NCBI GenBank assembly: GCA_039810585.1
Contig: JBDHXF010000001.1
Location: 89,223 to 153,222, forward strand
DNA from: Chlorobiota bacterium
Lineage (GTDB): Bacteria > Bacteroidota > Ignavibacteria > Kapaibacteriales > NICIL-2
Direction: 5' to 3'
Length of the DNA: 64,000 nt
The notes below the pieces were generated by a model. It was not told the origin of the DNA. It saw nothing but the letters and a program-made list of their open reading frames with translations, and did not search any database. Of this stretch, positions 9,852 to 21,906 are shown in pieces. The position numbers and the translations under genes were made by a program. Position 1 is the first letter of the stretch. Every line of letters starts with the position of its first letter.

Positions 9852-10862
9852 TTACTTCAACAGCTGGACGTTAAGTGTTGATGTTTGAACTTGCTTAAAG
9901 GTTTCAGACTTCTTCGTTTGCGGATTGATTGCAGAGGCTTCTAGCTCTTGCTTCATCACGGTATGTTTCTTCACGGTGTATCCGCTCTCGGAGTCGACAA
10001 TCATGGTTCCATTACCACTGACTGTTCCGGTTTTCAGGCTTACTTGTGATTTAGCTCGCGGATCCAATTCGATTTTTCCGCTGAGTTGTCCGTCTACGAT
10101 GGCCACTTTTCGACTATCGAGCGACGACACTTTGGCGACTCGATAGACCATCGTCATACTGCTATTGAATGCCGGTGGAATCGACTGTTGTCCGCTCCGT
10201 TTCCATATCATGCTAGCGTCCAACGCTGAATCCGGCATCGATAGTTGTTCTTGCTGCACCACTTGTGCGTAGTAAATCTCCTTCAATTGCTCGGCGATTT
10301 GTGCTTTCTGTTGATCGTTGAGTGGCTTTTGTGCCTCTGTGGCAATATGATTGACGAGTGCGCTCATTCCACCCACTTCGGTCACGCGACCTTTGGCATC
10401 AATACTCACGCTTATCTCCTCACCGATCAGCGAGGTCATCATCACGTAGTCCTTATTTGCCTTATCGGCGCTGTCGCTGGAATTATACTTCGAATCCTTA
10501 TTACCGGCGCCCATTCCTTTCGTGGACTGCGTAGACTTTACGGAATCGTACTTCATGATAAACGTTGTAATGCCGTCGCGCACGCTCTTGATCGACTTGG
10601 TGTAGTACGCGGTGGTTGACGATTCGACAGACAGGGAATCATCCTGTACCAATTTCTGATCTTGATCTAGTTTGTAATGAAATACTTGTCCTGCTTTGTA
10701 GTTGAAGGCCAGACTACTGATGTGTTGCTCTTGTGCGGGAAGGTCTTTCAATCTTGAAGTGTCGGAGGCGGCAGTCGATGCCGGTTTTGAGTCGTTAGAA
10801 TTGTGTTGGCAGGACAGCAGACTCAAACAACAAATCGATACAACAAGCGCGAGGTATTTCAT
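9852..10862 (-). CDS. hypothetical lipoprotein
   Basis: Signal peptide with lipobox (LSLLSC); 336 aa rich in S/T/Q/K; no recognised domain. Confidence 0.55.
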   Translation of the reverse strand: MKYLALVVSICCLSLLSCQHNSNDSKPASTAASDTSRLKDLPAQEQHISSLAFNYKAGQVFHYKLDQDQKLVQDDSLSVESSTTAYYTKSIKSVRDGITTFIMKYDSVKSTQSTKGMGAGNKDSKYNSSDSADKANKDYVMMTSLIGEEISVSIDAKGRVTEVGGMSALVNHIATEAQKPLNDQQKAQIAEQLKEIYYAQVVQQEQLSMPDSALDASMIWKRSGQQSIPPAFNSSMTMVYRVAKVSSLDSRKVAIVDGQLSGKIELDPRAKSQVSLKTGTVSGNGTMIVDSESGYTVKKHTVMKQELEASAINPQTKKSETFKQVQTSTLNVQLLK

Positions 10863-11002
10863 GGAGTGCTATAGGGTGTGTACAATAAAAAAAGGCCAGT
10901 CAAAGGACTGACCTTCTTCAAATATCAGAGAAACGAGCGATTGGACAAGGCGAAGCGTGAAAAGAACGGCATTGCTTGCGAAGAAATCTTCAGAAGTGCG
11001 CC

Positions 11003-12064
11003 TTAGTACTCAGTCAGTCCACGGCTTATCCACGTGTAAAACGATTGCACATTTTCACTAAATGTTTCGTTACGGACGTGCGCTTTCACCGTCGTGTTGA
11101 ACTGCGAGCTTGACGAAATAATATTTCCACGACGATTGATAACTAGCGTCTGATGACCTTTACCCTCCCCGCCCAGGATATCGATCATGCGTTCGATACC
11201 GTACAGTCGGTCGGTTTTTGGTAACACTTTCAAGTGCTGAATATCGCTTTCAAGAGTGTACAAGCCCAGAGCGTACGAAGCGATATGCGTTGTTGCGGAA
11301 TCGTCACGACAATCCAAACCATCGATCTTCACGAAATACGGTTTCTTCCAACTGCTGTCTCTCTTCACCACATCGTTGGGAAGCACACCTTTTTGAGGGT
11401 CAATGATTTGAGCGTACGCCATCGTTGAGATTCCATTTAGCCACATGTATGTACTCATAGAGTCTAGGTGGCCTTCACCATATTTCGCGATGTAGTCCTT
11501 TAGCCAGTCCAACATTTCGCCGCGAATAGAAACAGCTTCCCAGTATGGTGAGAATTTGATAAAGCACTCACGATTGACGGGCACTGTGGCAGCTGTCAAG
11601 TCCGGAAACTTTAACTGTACTTTGGATCGGTTGTCGTACACAATTTCAGATTCCCCGCTCTTAAAGCGATAGCGAAGGGAATCGATGTTCACATCGAGTT
11701 CGAGCATCCCATTTACCGGATCCGAGTTTGCACGGAGTTCAAGGTAGTACGTAACATCTCTGCTGTACTTCAGTGTGGAGCTATCGCTGTAGGTGCGAAG
11801 CACTTCTGTACTGTCGTGCATGGTATAGGCAAAAATGTTGCCAGCTGGAAAACGCCATTTCAAAGCGTTGTATTCCGGCGTCACCGATTTACCGGGGGTC
11901 AGGTGTGCCTTCGCATCTGCCGGACTTTCGCCTTTCTCTTGAGCAAGGATACAATCGGTATTCAGGACGAGCAAAAGTGTAAGGAGCAACGTGCCGGTGA
12001 CTGTGAATAGTCCGATCGAAGTGCGGACTTTGCGGACTGTAAAGGAGGAAGCGGATGTGTGCAT
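11003..12064 (-). CDS. hypothetical secreted protein
   Basis: N-terminal hydrophobic signal-like segment followed by a 330-aa soluble region with no recognised motif. An intrinsic terminator lies immediately downstream. Confidence 0.5.
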   Translation of the reverse strand: MHTSASSFTVRKVRTSIGLFTVTGTLLLTLLLVLNTDCILAQEKGESPADAKAHLTPGKSVTPEYNALKWRFPAGNIFAYTMHDSTEVLRTYSDSSTLKYSRDVTYYLELRANSDPVNGMLELDVNIDSLRYRFKSGESEIVYDNRSKVQLKFPDLTAATVPVNRECFIKFSPYWEAVSIRGEMLDWLKDYIAKYGEGHLDSMSTYMWLNGISTMAYAQIIDPQKGVLPNDVVKRDSSWKKPYFVKIDGLDCRDDSATTHIASYALGLYTLESDIQHLKVLPKTDRLYGIERMIDILGGEGKGHQTLVINRRGNIISSSSQFNTTVKAHVRNETFSENVQSFYTWISRGLTEY

Positions 12065-12164
12065 AGGCTAAATCGAAGCAATGGAACCGATGAGAACAGT
12101 GCGAGTGTTGCCTGAAGCATCGCTCAGCACCTGGAAACAATAATCATGACGTACTCGGCTTGTT

Positions 12165-12755
12165 TCATGAGCGTCGAAAGCAATAGAGGGCCCAAGCGGC
12201 CAGCGTCATACCATCCCAGATCTCCCGAGCCGCAATGGCATGCTCTATTTGCGTACGAGTCCACATGAAAACCTCAATCTCTTCTGACTCTTCCGGCTTG
12301 GCAGTGGTTGACACGAGCTCGGTTGCCAGAAAGACCTTGCATCGCTCGTTCGTCAGGCCATTCATAGGGTTGAATTCACCCAGATAGGTCCATGATTGAG
12401 CGGTGTACCCGGCTTCCTCTTCCAGCTCAGCCTGCGCCTGTGCCAGTGGCTCAATGCCCTCTGCCAAACCGCCTCCGGGAAACTCCACGCTGGCATCTTG
12501 GTTCAGGTAGCGAAACTGTCGAGTCAAGATAAACCGATCGGTCGACACTTCTGCTATGACGAACACTGAGCCAAATGTGTGTGCATACCAATAATCGGCT
12601 TCACGGCCGCTTGGCAGCTCATAGCGATCGTGTTTGTAGCGCCAATAGGGATTGGTATGCAGAATTTCAGTATCTCGCTGTGTCAGTACTTTCAACGGCA
12701 ACCTCAGGAAAGACAAAACGGGATGACACTGCATCCCGTCCTTGGAATATTCCAC
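12165..12755 (-). CDS. NUDIX hydrolase (ADP-ribose pyrophosphatase-like)
   Basis: Nudix box GGGLAEGIEPLAQAQAELEEEAGY (Gx5Ex7REUxEExGU). Confidence 0.8.
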   Translation of the reverse strand: MEYSKDGMQCHPVLSFLRLPLKVLTQRDTEILHTNPYWRYKHDRYELPSGREADYWYAHTFGSVFVIAEVSTDRFILTRQFRYLNQDASVEFPGGGLAEGIEPLAQAQAELEEEAGYTAQSWTYLGEFNPMNGLTNERCKVFLATELVSTTAKPEESEEIEVFMWTRTQIEHAIAAREIWDGMTLAAWALYCFRRS

Positions 12756-12779
12756 CGATCCTTATTGATGACAACGTAC

Positions 12780-13208
12780 TTAGGCAGCTGTGTTTGCAGC
12801 AACATCACGTCCGGCAAAGAAAAACGCGATTTCATTCAATGCGTTTTCTACCGAATCTGAACCGTGAATAGCATTCTCGCCTTTGCTCGATGCAAAACGC
12901 TTGCGAATGGTACCTTCGGCAGCTTCTGCCGGATCGGTCGATCCAATCAGTGTTCGGAAATCAGCAACTGCATTTTCCTTTTCGAGCGCTATGGGAACCA
13001 CTGCTCCGCTGCACATGAAGTTCACCAGCTCAGCGTAAAAAGGGCGTTCCTTGTGTACTGCATAGAACTCACGGGCATGCACTTCGCTCATTCGAGTGAG
13101 TTGCATGGCAACAATCTTGAATCCGGCAGCTTGAATTTGTGCAATGATTTCGCCGGCATGATTCTTCCGAACCGCATCGGGCTTGATAATGGCTAAGGTG
13201 CGTTCCAT
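12780..13208 (-). CDS. ndk: nucleoside diphosphate kinase
   Basis: [13 protein letters not shown]... and NAIHGSDS active-site region. Start taken at the internal ATG (13206-13208); the track ORF has a 39-aa upstream extension. Confidence 0.9.
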   Translation of the reverse strand: MERTLAIIKPDAVRKNHAGEIIAQIQAAGFKIVAMQLTRMSEVHAREFYAVHKERPFYAELVNFMCSGAVVPIALEKENAVADFRTLIGSTDPAEAAEGTIRKRFASSKGENAIHGSDSVENALNEIAFFFAGRDVAANTAA

Positions 13209-13351
13209 AGGGTGTGCGTTGGTAATAAGGTATATAAAAATTTGATATTGACTAGAGGCTCTCTCAAAAAACCATCCTGAGATGCCGCTTGATACACGTG
13301 GCGCCGGTGTTGCCGTAGGCAACACCGGCGCCGCATGAATAGAAATCTCTC

Positions 13352-14335
13352 TTATTTCTTGGCTGTTTTCTTTGCAACTTTTTTCACCGGAGCTTTAACT
13401 GCCGCTTTTGCTACCGTTTTCTTTGCTGCTTTAGCTTCTGCTCCTAAGTACTTGGCCACCGTAATTCCGATATGTGCCGGAGAATCGACCACATGAATTC
13501 CGGCTTCCTTCATTGCGGCTACTTTAGCGTCCGCTGTACCTTTACCACCGGAGATGATGGCGCCGGCGTGGCCCATACGACGACCCGGAGGTGCCGTACG
13601 ACCGGCAATAAAACCAATGACGGGTTTCTTCACGTGCTTGGCTATGTATTCGGCTGCTTCTTCTTCCGCCGTACCGCCAATTTCTCCGATCATCACGATG
13701 GCATGAGTGTCTTTGTCGTTGTTGAACAACTCAACAGCATCAATAAAGCGCGTGCCAATGATGGGATCGCCGCCAATACCAATGCAGGTTGATTGACCAA
13801 GACCAATAGCGGACAATTGTCCCACCGCTTCATAGGTCAGCGTTCCCGAGCGTGAAACGATACCAACTGTTCCCGCTTGCGCAATGAAGCCGGGCATGAT
13901 GCCGATTTTACATTCGCCGGGGGTAAGAAGACCCGGACAGTTTGGTCCCACCAAACGAGACTTGGAGCGCTTCAACGCGTCCCACACGGTAATCATATCG
14001 CGAACAGGAATTCCCTCCGTGATGCAAACGATAAGACTCACTTCCGCTTCAATTGCTTCCAAGATGGCGTCGGCAGCTACGGATGCCGGCACAAAAATGC
14101 AGGTGGCATTCGCACCCGTTGCTTTCACGGCATCGGCTACTGTATTATAGACCGGAACTGCTTTTTCAAAAATGTCCTCGCCCTTGCCTTTATACTCGCT
14201 CCCACCCTTGCCGGGTGTGACGCCGCCAACAACGTTGGTTCCATAGGCAATCATCTGCGACGTATGAAAGGTTCCTTCGCTTCCGGTGATACCCTGGACA
14301 ATCAACTTCGTTTTCTTATTACATAATACGCTCAT
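13352..14335 (-). CDS. sucD: succinyl-CoA synthetase alpha subunit with Lys/Ala-rich C-terminal tail
   Basis: CoA-binding and ligase-CoA domains with the phosphohistidine loop region. An unusual tail ...[29 protein letters not shown] of about 30 aa follows. Confidence 0.93.
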   Translation of the reverse strand: MSVLCNKKTKLIVQGITGSEGTFHTSQMIAYGTNVVGGVTPGKGGSEYKGKGEDIFEKAVPVYNTVADAVKATGANATCIFVPASVAADAILEAIEAEVSLIVCITEGIPVRDMITVWDALKRSKSRLVGPNCPGLLTPGECKIGIMPGFIAQAGTVGIVSRSGTLTYEAVGQLSAIGLGQSTCIGIGGDPIIGTRFIDAVELFNNDKDTHAIVMIGEIGGTAEEEAAEYIAKHVKKPVIGFIAGRTAPPGRRMGHAGAIISGGKGTADAKVAAMKEAGIHVVDSPAHIGITVAKYLGAEAKAAKKTVAKAAVKAPVKKVAKKTAKK

Positions 14336-14487
14336 AGGAATGCCTTGCGGCCATATGTTCAGTGAAGACTACAAAAATAGCGAATTCAAACTTTTCAAGG
14401 TCACTGACTCGCCGTCTGGAAACGGTCTTAACAGCTCTTCACACTCAAGTGTGAGATTTTGCCTGCCTCGGTGCGCAGTCTGTTTGT

Positions 14488-15015
14488 CTAGTGAGAATCT
14501 GTTTGACGTAGGGGTTTGAAGACAAGGATCGCGGTCACCGCCACAACACCCGCGAGACTTAGGAAGTTCATCCATGCGTTTTTCGTGAACAGGAGCACAA
14601 AAGCCGGGATAACCGTATCGGCATGAATACCGGCAATGGAGTAGTGATCGCCCACAAGCCAATAGAATTCCAACGACTTCCAGGCGTACCACAGACCAAA
14701 GGGCACGCTTACACCATAGAGAATAAAGCTCATCACCATGTAACCGTCCTTGCGAAAACTCTTTCGCTGCATCCAGAGCACAAGCTTCACGGACACGATC
14801 ATGAGGCCATATGCCCAGACCGCGGTGGACATCATACTTGCCAAAACTCGGATGGTGTTGAGCTGAAGGGAAACATCCATCTCGCGTAACACCGACGTGC
14901 CGGTTACAAACAGGTCGTAGGCAAAAGCTTGCGTGGCCAGACTGAGCCCAAACCATACAGCCGTACTCAGAATAGCCACGAACATCAAAAACGAGAGGAA
15001 AAAGGGTCTTTTCAT
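14488..15015 (-). CDS. hypothetical integral membrane protein
   Basis: Five or six predicted hydrophobic helices. Start taken at MKRPFFL. Confidence 0.45.
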   Translation of the reverse strand: MKRPFFLSFLMFVAILSTAVWFGLSLATQAFAYDLFVTGTSVLREMDVSLQLNTIRVLASMMSTAVWAYGLMIVSVKLVLWMQRKSFRKDGYMVMSFILYGVSVPFGLWYAWKSLEFYWLVGDHYSIAGIHADTVIPAFVLLFTKNAWMNFLSLAGVVAVTAILVFKPLRQTDSH

Positions 15016-15233
15016 GCTGAAATACGACGAAAACGTCAAAGTACTCTGTGATCTTGAATTCCGGATAACCGCATCACACAGTCGTGCTAATCTGGCCATT
15101 CAACGGAAATGCTCTCAGCATAGCCGCTGAAGAACGGGGCAAAAATACTGCTATTTAGGCATCGGCGGAGAAGCGCGAAGCGCGCAAGAATAAAAGCCTC
15201 TATTTCGATCACACAACACTACAATAGCAAGTT

Positions 15234-15260
15234 TTAGCACTCGTCAATGGAGACTGCTAA
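15234..15260 (+). promoter_or_regulatory. CIRCE operator (HrcA binding site) upstream of groES
   Basis: TTAGCACTC-N9-GACTGCTAA has one mismatch to the consensus TTAGCACTC-N9-GAGTGCTAA. It lies about 105 bp upstream of the groES ATG. Confidence 0.75.
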
Positions 15261-15365
15261 GTAATTTTGTACTCAATTCGCTACGGCGAAAGAGACGAAT
15301 CCCTGAGGACGTCAGCCCTCAATACTACTTAAAAACCCATTTTTCATTAATATTTGGAGTCTTTT

Positions 15366-15656
15366 ATGAATCTTACCCCACTTCACGACCGCGTTATCGT
15401 TCGTCCGGCTGCACCGGAAGAAGTAACCAAGGGTGGAATTATCATCCCGGATACCGCAAAGGAAAAGCCCATGCAGGGCGACATCATTGCCATTGGCAGT
15501 GGCAAGCAAAGTGAAGACGGAAAGCTCACGCCCCTGAGCGTTAAAGTAGGCGATCGTGTTTTGTACGGCAAGTACTCGGGTACCGAAATCAGCATCGAAG
15601 GCGATGATCTGTTGATCATGCGTGAGAGCGACATCTTCGCCGTTGTAAACAGCTAA
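15366..15656 (+). CDS. groES: co-chaperonin GroES
   Basis: [12 protein letters not shown]..., 96 aa, a canonical Cpn10. A GGAG RBS precedes the ATG at 15366. Confidence 0.95.
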   Translation: MNLTPLHDRVIVRPAAPEEVTKGGIIIPDTAKEKPMQGDIIAIGSGKQSEDGKLTPLSVKVGDRVLYGKYSGTEISIEGDDLLIMRESDIFAVVNS

Positions 15657-17614
<1,958 letters not shown>

Positions 17615-17760
17615 CAACCTTTTAATGCAGGAAATGTTAATTGTATAAACCTTGGTTCTCAAAACAGCTTGGTGCCGTAAACTGTTCCCGCCTATTCGCT
17701 TAATGGTACCTGCGCAGCTCGAATTGCTCTTGCTGCGTCGCATGGACGCAAGAAATGGAC

Positions 17761-18636
17761 CTAAGCCTGACGCACCACGAGTTGTGGGTACGGTAATTCG
17801 ATGCCTTCCGCATCGAAGGCAATTTTAATTCGTCGGCGCAGCTCACCGGCTACCGACCATTGGCTCAGGGGCGTGGTTTCGCCGAGAATTTTTATTTCAA
17901 TGCAGGAATCTCCGAATTTATCAACGCGCAGATACTCGGGCTTTTTTGTGATGGAGTCTTTGTAGTCCGGATCGAGCGACAGTTCTTCTCCCACTGTATT
18001 CACGACTCGCTTCAGTTTCTCAAGGTCGGTGTTGTAGCCTACGCCAATGTTCATGTTGATTCGCGCAAAATATTTTGTAGAATTGGATGTCGTGCTAATC
18101 GCTCCATGCGGTACGTGATGCACTACGCCGTCCAAATCACGGAGAGTCGTCATACGCAAGCTGATATCTTCTACTTCGCCCGCCACATTGGCAACGCTTA
18201 TCACGTCACCAATGCGATACTGATTTTCGAGAATAATAAACAATCCTGCGATCATATCACGAATGAGGTACTGACCACCAAAACCAAGCGACAAGCCAAC
18301 TATCCCAGCGCCGGCCAGAATTGGTCCTATTTGTACTCCGAGCTCCTGCAGACACATCAGGCTAACGACGGTGACGATAACAATCCCTAGCGATGTGCTA
18401 AAAATGCGAATCAAGGTACTCTCCCGTTTTCGTTCTGCTTCTCGTTCGTGTTGCTTGTCTCGCACAACTGCCATGTGAACGCCGTCACGTATGAAACGAT
18501 CGCCCAGTTTACGTGCGATAATGCCAAGCACGATGAGGAGAACGATGCGTGCTCCATGACTCAATAGCCAGGGCAAAATTTGTTGCTGCAATGCTTGATA
18601 ATATTCATTCATGGTTGGGCGTTGTTGGTTAAACAT
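17761..18636 (-). CDS. MscS-family mechanosensitive ion channel
   Basis: Three TM helices followed by the MscS beta-domain (GDVISVANVAGEVEDISLRMTTLRDLDGVVHHVPH). Start taken at the internal MFNQQ ATG. Confidence 0.85.
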   Translation of the reverse strand: MFNQQRPTMNEYYQALQQQILPWLLSHGARIVLLIVLGIIARKLGDRFIRDGVHMAVVRDKQHEREAERKRESTLIRIFSTSLGIVIVTVVSLMCLQELGVQIGPILAGAGIVGLSLGFGGQYLIRDMIAGLFIILENQYRIGDVISVANVAGEVEDISLRMTTLRDLDGVVHHVPHGAISTTSNSTKYFARINMNIGVGYNTDLEKLKRVVNTVGEELSLDPDYKDSITKKPEYLRVDKFGDSCIEIKILGETTPLSQWSVAGELRRRIKIAFDAEGIELPYPQLVVRQA

Positions 18637-19026
18637 GCTAAACGACAGCAATGCGTGCAGTCTACTCGACGAACGGTGTCGTTCGAGGATGCGAGGAAAT
18701 CGAGTAATGAAGGTACGTTGCGTTCGAGCACAGCACGCGAAACGTTGGCTACGAGGGACGCTAGTAAGAGTAGGAACGTTAATATACCCACAATTGTCAG
18801 ACGAGGTGTGATCGCGGAGTCGGCAGTTTGCTGTGTGCCTGCGAAGCAGGCACGCACGTGAACTCTGTTGCACTCAACGGACTCTCACGAGCGGCGTCTA
18901 CCTTGTGAACATGATCACCGACAAAGGCGAGCGCTGTGTGCATCGAATATTGGTTCAGAAATAGAGCGGTTGTCAGACATCACGCTTAAACACGCGTCAG
19001 ATGTGAACATTCGCAGGCGCAGTATG

Positions 19027-19258
19027 ATGGATTACTAAGAGTAGATCGACGCCCCTCAATCAAAAGGCTGTCTCGTTGGGGACAGCCTTTTTGTTTGCTA
19101 CGAGTCGCAAAGTGAGTGCTAAAGCATTAACACGTTTTCCCCAAAATTAACGAGTGTTTAACGCGACCGTGAGAGTCTCACGGTCGCTCGTTTCGCGTGC
19201 TTTTTGTTGATTTCTGATAAACAGTCCAAAACGATGTGGAAAAGCCAGAGGCTCGCTT
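19027..19258 (+). repeat. copy 2 of the approximately 230-bp module (degenerate groEL-end remnant + hairpin + palindrome + conserved 3' segment)
   Basis: ATGGATTACTAAGAGTA...AAAAGGCTGTCTCGTTGGGGACAGCCTTTTT...TTAACGCGACCGTGAGAGTCTCACGGTCGC...GCTCGCTT, same orientation as copy 1. Confidence 0.8.
19062..19093 (+). terminator. hairpin plus T-run inside repeat copy 2
   Basis: AAAAGGCTGTC-TCGTTGGG-GACAGCCTTTTTG. Confidence 0.5.
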
Positions 19259-19287
19259 GTTCTATACAACGCGCCGACTTTAACAGC

Positions 19288-20571
19288 TCACATCAAAAAG
19301 CACAAGGCCATCACCAAGGTGAACACAGCCTGCAGAATGATAGTATTCACATTCGATTGCACGAGCGAGCGGAGTAGGATGTTTTTACGCATGTGACTCA
19401 CAATACGCACAGCGAGCAGTGTTCCAATGGCGGCCGGGATGAGCAACAGTGGCTTATGAAGCGACCACGCCAGATACACCGTGACAAGCAGCGCCCCGCT
19501 GACGATGGCTGTATAAATAGCCGGCGTACGCTCCTTACCATAGACCACCACCAAGTGGTTCTTGCCGGTTTTGGCATCCGATTCCGCATCGGGCACTTCG
19601 TTGATGAGCAGGATGTTGGCTGTAAGCAAGCCTGGCGGAACACCGATTAGAAAACTCCACAGATCGGCATGACCCGTGATGACACTCATCATACCCGCGC
19701 TGATGAGCGGACCAAAGGTGAGGCCAATAAACAACTCACCGAGACCACGTCGGGCTGAGAGGCGCAGGGGTGGAGCGGTGTAGAAGAATCCGGAAAGAGC
19801 TCCGGCGATGCCGAACATGAGTATCTCGGAACTGACTTGCGTATTCAGATAAAATCCAATAGCTGTTGCAAGAAGCAATAGTACTGTTGCCAAGACAAAG
19901 GTTCCACGCAACGTGATGAGTCCCAATTCAATGGCTCGACTACCACCACTGTACTTCAGAAAATACTGGGTGTTAGCGTCGTCGGTGCCACTTTGGACGT
20001 CGAAGTAGTCGTTGAATACATTGGCAGAGAGATGCAGAAACGCCAAACCCAGAAAGGCCAGACCAATGTTTAGTCCAACCGCATGCGTTCCCGGGAGCTG
20101 CAGCGCGTACAGACATCCCACCAATCCTGTCAACAACGAGGCACTCAAGAATGGCGCTCGAGTCACCACCAGCCAGCTCACCAGTTTGGTTGAGAACTTG
20201 ATGGGCACTTGGACCGGTTTTTCCAAAACCTCTGTCACACCGCAAAATCCAATTTGCTGACCATCCCGAAAGGTAGGCGTAATGCGGATGTGCGCCGGAA
20301 ACTGTTCGCCGCTCTTGCGCACAAACACAGTGTCGGTCACAAACTCACCCTCCCTCACTGCGGTAGCCAGCCAGCCCTCGACATTTTGCAGGACGATATG
20401 TCCGGGCGAAAACAGCGATACCCTCTTCTTGCCAATCACTTCTTCTTTCGTGTAGCCAAATATCTCCTCCGCTCCCGCATTGAAGGTTTCGATAATGCCC
20501 TCCATATCGCAGGTTACCGTGCTCTTCGCTATCATGAATTCCTCCTGATTGAGTGGACAACAGACCGACAT
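19288..20571 (-). CDS. PAS domain fused to a UbiA-superfamily (MenA-like) polyprenyltransferase
   Basis: A 120-aa N-terminal PAS-like fold (DMEGIIETFNAGAEEIFGYTKEEVIGK) precedes eight or nine TM helices carrying the Asp-rich motif NDYFDVQSGTDD typical of DHNA/4-HB prenyltransferases. Confidence 0.8.
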   Translation of the reverse strand: MSVCCPLNQEEFMIAKSTVTCDMEGIIETFNAGAEEIFGYTKEEVIGKKRVSLFSPGHIVLQNVEGWLATAVREGEFVTDTVFVRKSGEQFPAHIRITPTFRDGQQIGFCGVTEVLEKPVQVPIKFSTKLVSWLVVTRAPFLSASLLTGLVGCLYALQLPGTHAVGLNIGLAFLGLAFLHLSANVFNDYFDVQSGTDDANTQYFLKYSGGSRAIELGLITLRGTFVLATVLLLLATAIGFYLNTQVSSEILMFGIAGALSGFFYTAPPLRLSARRGLGELFIGLTFGPLISAGMMSVITGHADLWSFLIGVPPGLLTANILLINEVPDAESDAKTGKNHLVVVYGKERTPAIYTAIVSGALLVTVYLAWSLHKPLLLIPAAIGTLLAVRIVSHMRKNILLRSLVQSNVNTIILQAVFTLVMALCFLM

Positions 20572-20816
20572 TGTTTCTGGTTCACATCGGCTTAACGTCT
20601 GGCTGATTTTTATTCGTGCACGGCTGCGCCGTTCACAACACAGGGCACGCTACCCAACGATGCTTCTCTGCAAACAGTTTGTGGAGTTAACAGTGCCGTT
20701 CGAACAAACCGACTGACCGGTCGGTCGGCAAACTTAATCAGATTGGAAGTGCCGACAACTCGACGAAAAACTTTTGAGGGAAGCGCGAAGCGCTCAAGAA
20801 TTGAGAGGAACTAGGA

Positions 20817-20851
20817 GAAAAAAAAGTCCCGTCACACGGAGGTGACGGGAC
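20817..20851 (-). terminator. intrinsic terminator for the 20884-21906 gene
   Basis: Minus-strand GTCCCGTCAC-CTCCGT-GTGACGGGAC followed by TTTTTTTT. Confidence 0.65.
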
Positions 20852-20883
20852 TCGATTTTTCCGCCGAAAGGAATGGACTACGC

Positions 20884-21906
20884 TCAATGCATAATCATCA
20901 GGGTTTTCTTGACGGTTGTATTGCCAAAGTGAATAAGCAAGCTGACCGGACCGTTCGGGATATCCTGTGTGGAAACAACCACGGTCGAACCACTCATGTT
21001 GTTGCAATCTTTCACCAAGCGCCCCATCACGTCGAAGTGTTGAATGGACGAAATCGCAGTCGTGGAGGGGCTGACAATCGTCACAGCATCGTTAGCCGGC
21101 TGAGGTTGCAGCATAACACCCGAGGTATTGAAAGCGGGATCATCAATTCCTGCTGCCAGACCGGCGCTGTAAGAGGCTCCGGATGTGAACGAACCGAAGC
21201 CCGGAACAACAAATTGAGTGATAGCGCAGAGCGAGCCATATGTAAAACTGGGTGAGTAGAAATTGTACGCCACTTGTAGAAAATCCAGCGTGTCGGTGCT
21301 GTTGGTCATGTGATAATACTGCTTCGAAACCACTCTCAATACATCGGTATAGCTAATTCCGTGGGGGAGGTTTAGCGTTCCATAGCCATCGCACATCACG
21401 GTATCCATGCCACTGAAGGTAGCGCCGCCCTGTTGAGTCATATACCCGGCAAAATCGTCCACCAGGGTCGACTGATAGGTCATCGGAAACGCCGCCATGC
21501 GTTGTGAGTTGGTCATGATAATCGAGTCGCTCGGCGATGCCGATCCAAAGGTCTCCCAGCCGGCGCTGTTCACCAGGAAATAGGAATACTCTCCGCTGCC
21601 ACTACCGCTGGCAATCGAATAATTGGCGTTCGAGAACAAAGAATGATACGGCGTAGTGGCCGCATCAATAAAGGTTGTGGTATCAACCGAGGCGGAGTCG
21701 CTCCAACTACTGAAATTCCACGTCACGTTTGCACCGCCTGTACCCGCAGTTATACCGGCAGTGTGGACGGATTGCATGCGGACACTTTGGCCAAGCGCCG
21801 GCACAACACTGACATCGATCACGGGACCTTCCGCTTGCGCGCATATCACTAACCCAACCATGGTAACGCAACACGCTACCATCAAGGACTGAAACCGAGA
21901 TTTCAT
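20884..21906 (-). CDS. secreted protein with putative T9SS C-terminal sorting domain
   Basis: Signal peptide (MKSRFQSLMVACCVTMVGLVICAQA); Ser/Thr/Gly-rich body; C-terminal approximately 80 aa beta-rich tail ending ...TVKKTLMIMH. Confidence 0.55.
   Translation of the reverse strand: MKSRFQSLMVACCVTMVGLVICAQAEGPVIDVSVVPALGQSVRMQSVHTAGITAGTGGANVTWNFSSWSDSASVDTTTFIDAATTPYHSLFSNANYSIASGSGSGEYSYFLVNSAGWETFGSASPSDSIIMTNSQRMAAFPMTYQSTLVDDFAGYMTQQGGATFSGMDTVMCDGYGTLNLPHGISYTDVLRVVSKQYYHMTNSTDTLDFLQVAYNFYSPSFTYGSLCAITQFVVPGFGSFTSGASYSAGLAAGIDDPAFNTSGVMLQPQPANDAVTIVSPSTTAISSIQHFDVMGRLVKDCNNMSGSTVVVSTQDIPNGPVSLLIHFGNTTVKKTLMIMH

Noticed and set aside
18874-19026. Possible second groEL pseudogene ending in MMDY-stop
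   Set aside because: Only the last about 17 nt match groEL. The upstream in-frame sequence bears no resemblance to GroEL, so this is a short duplicated remnant, not a pseudogene of meaningful length.
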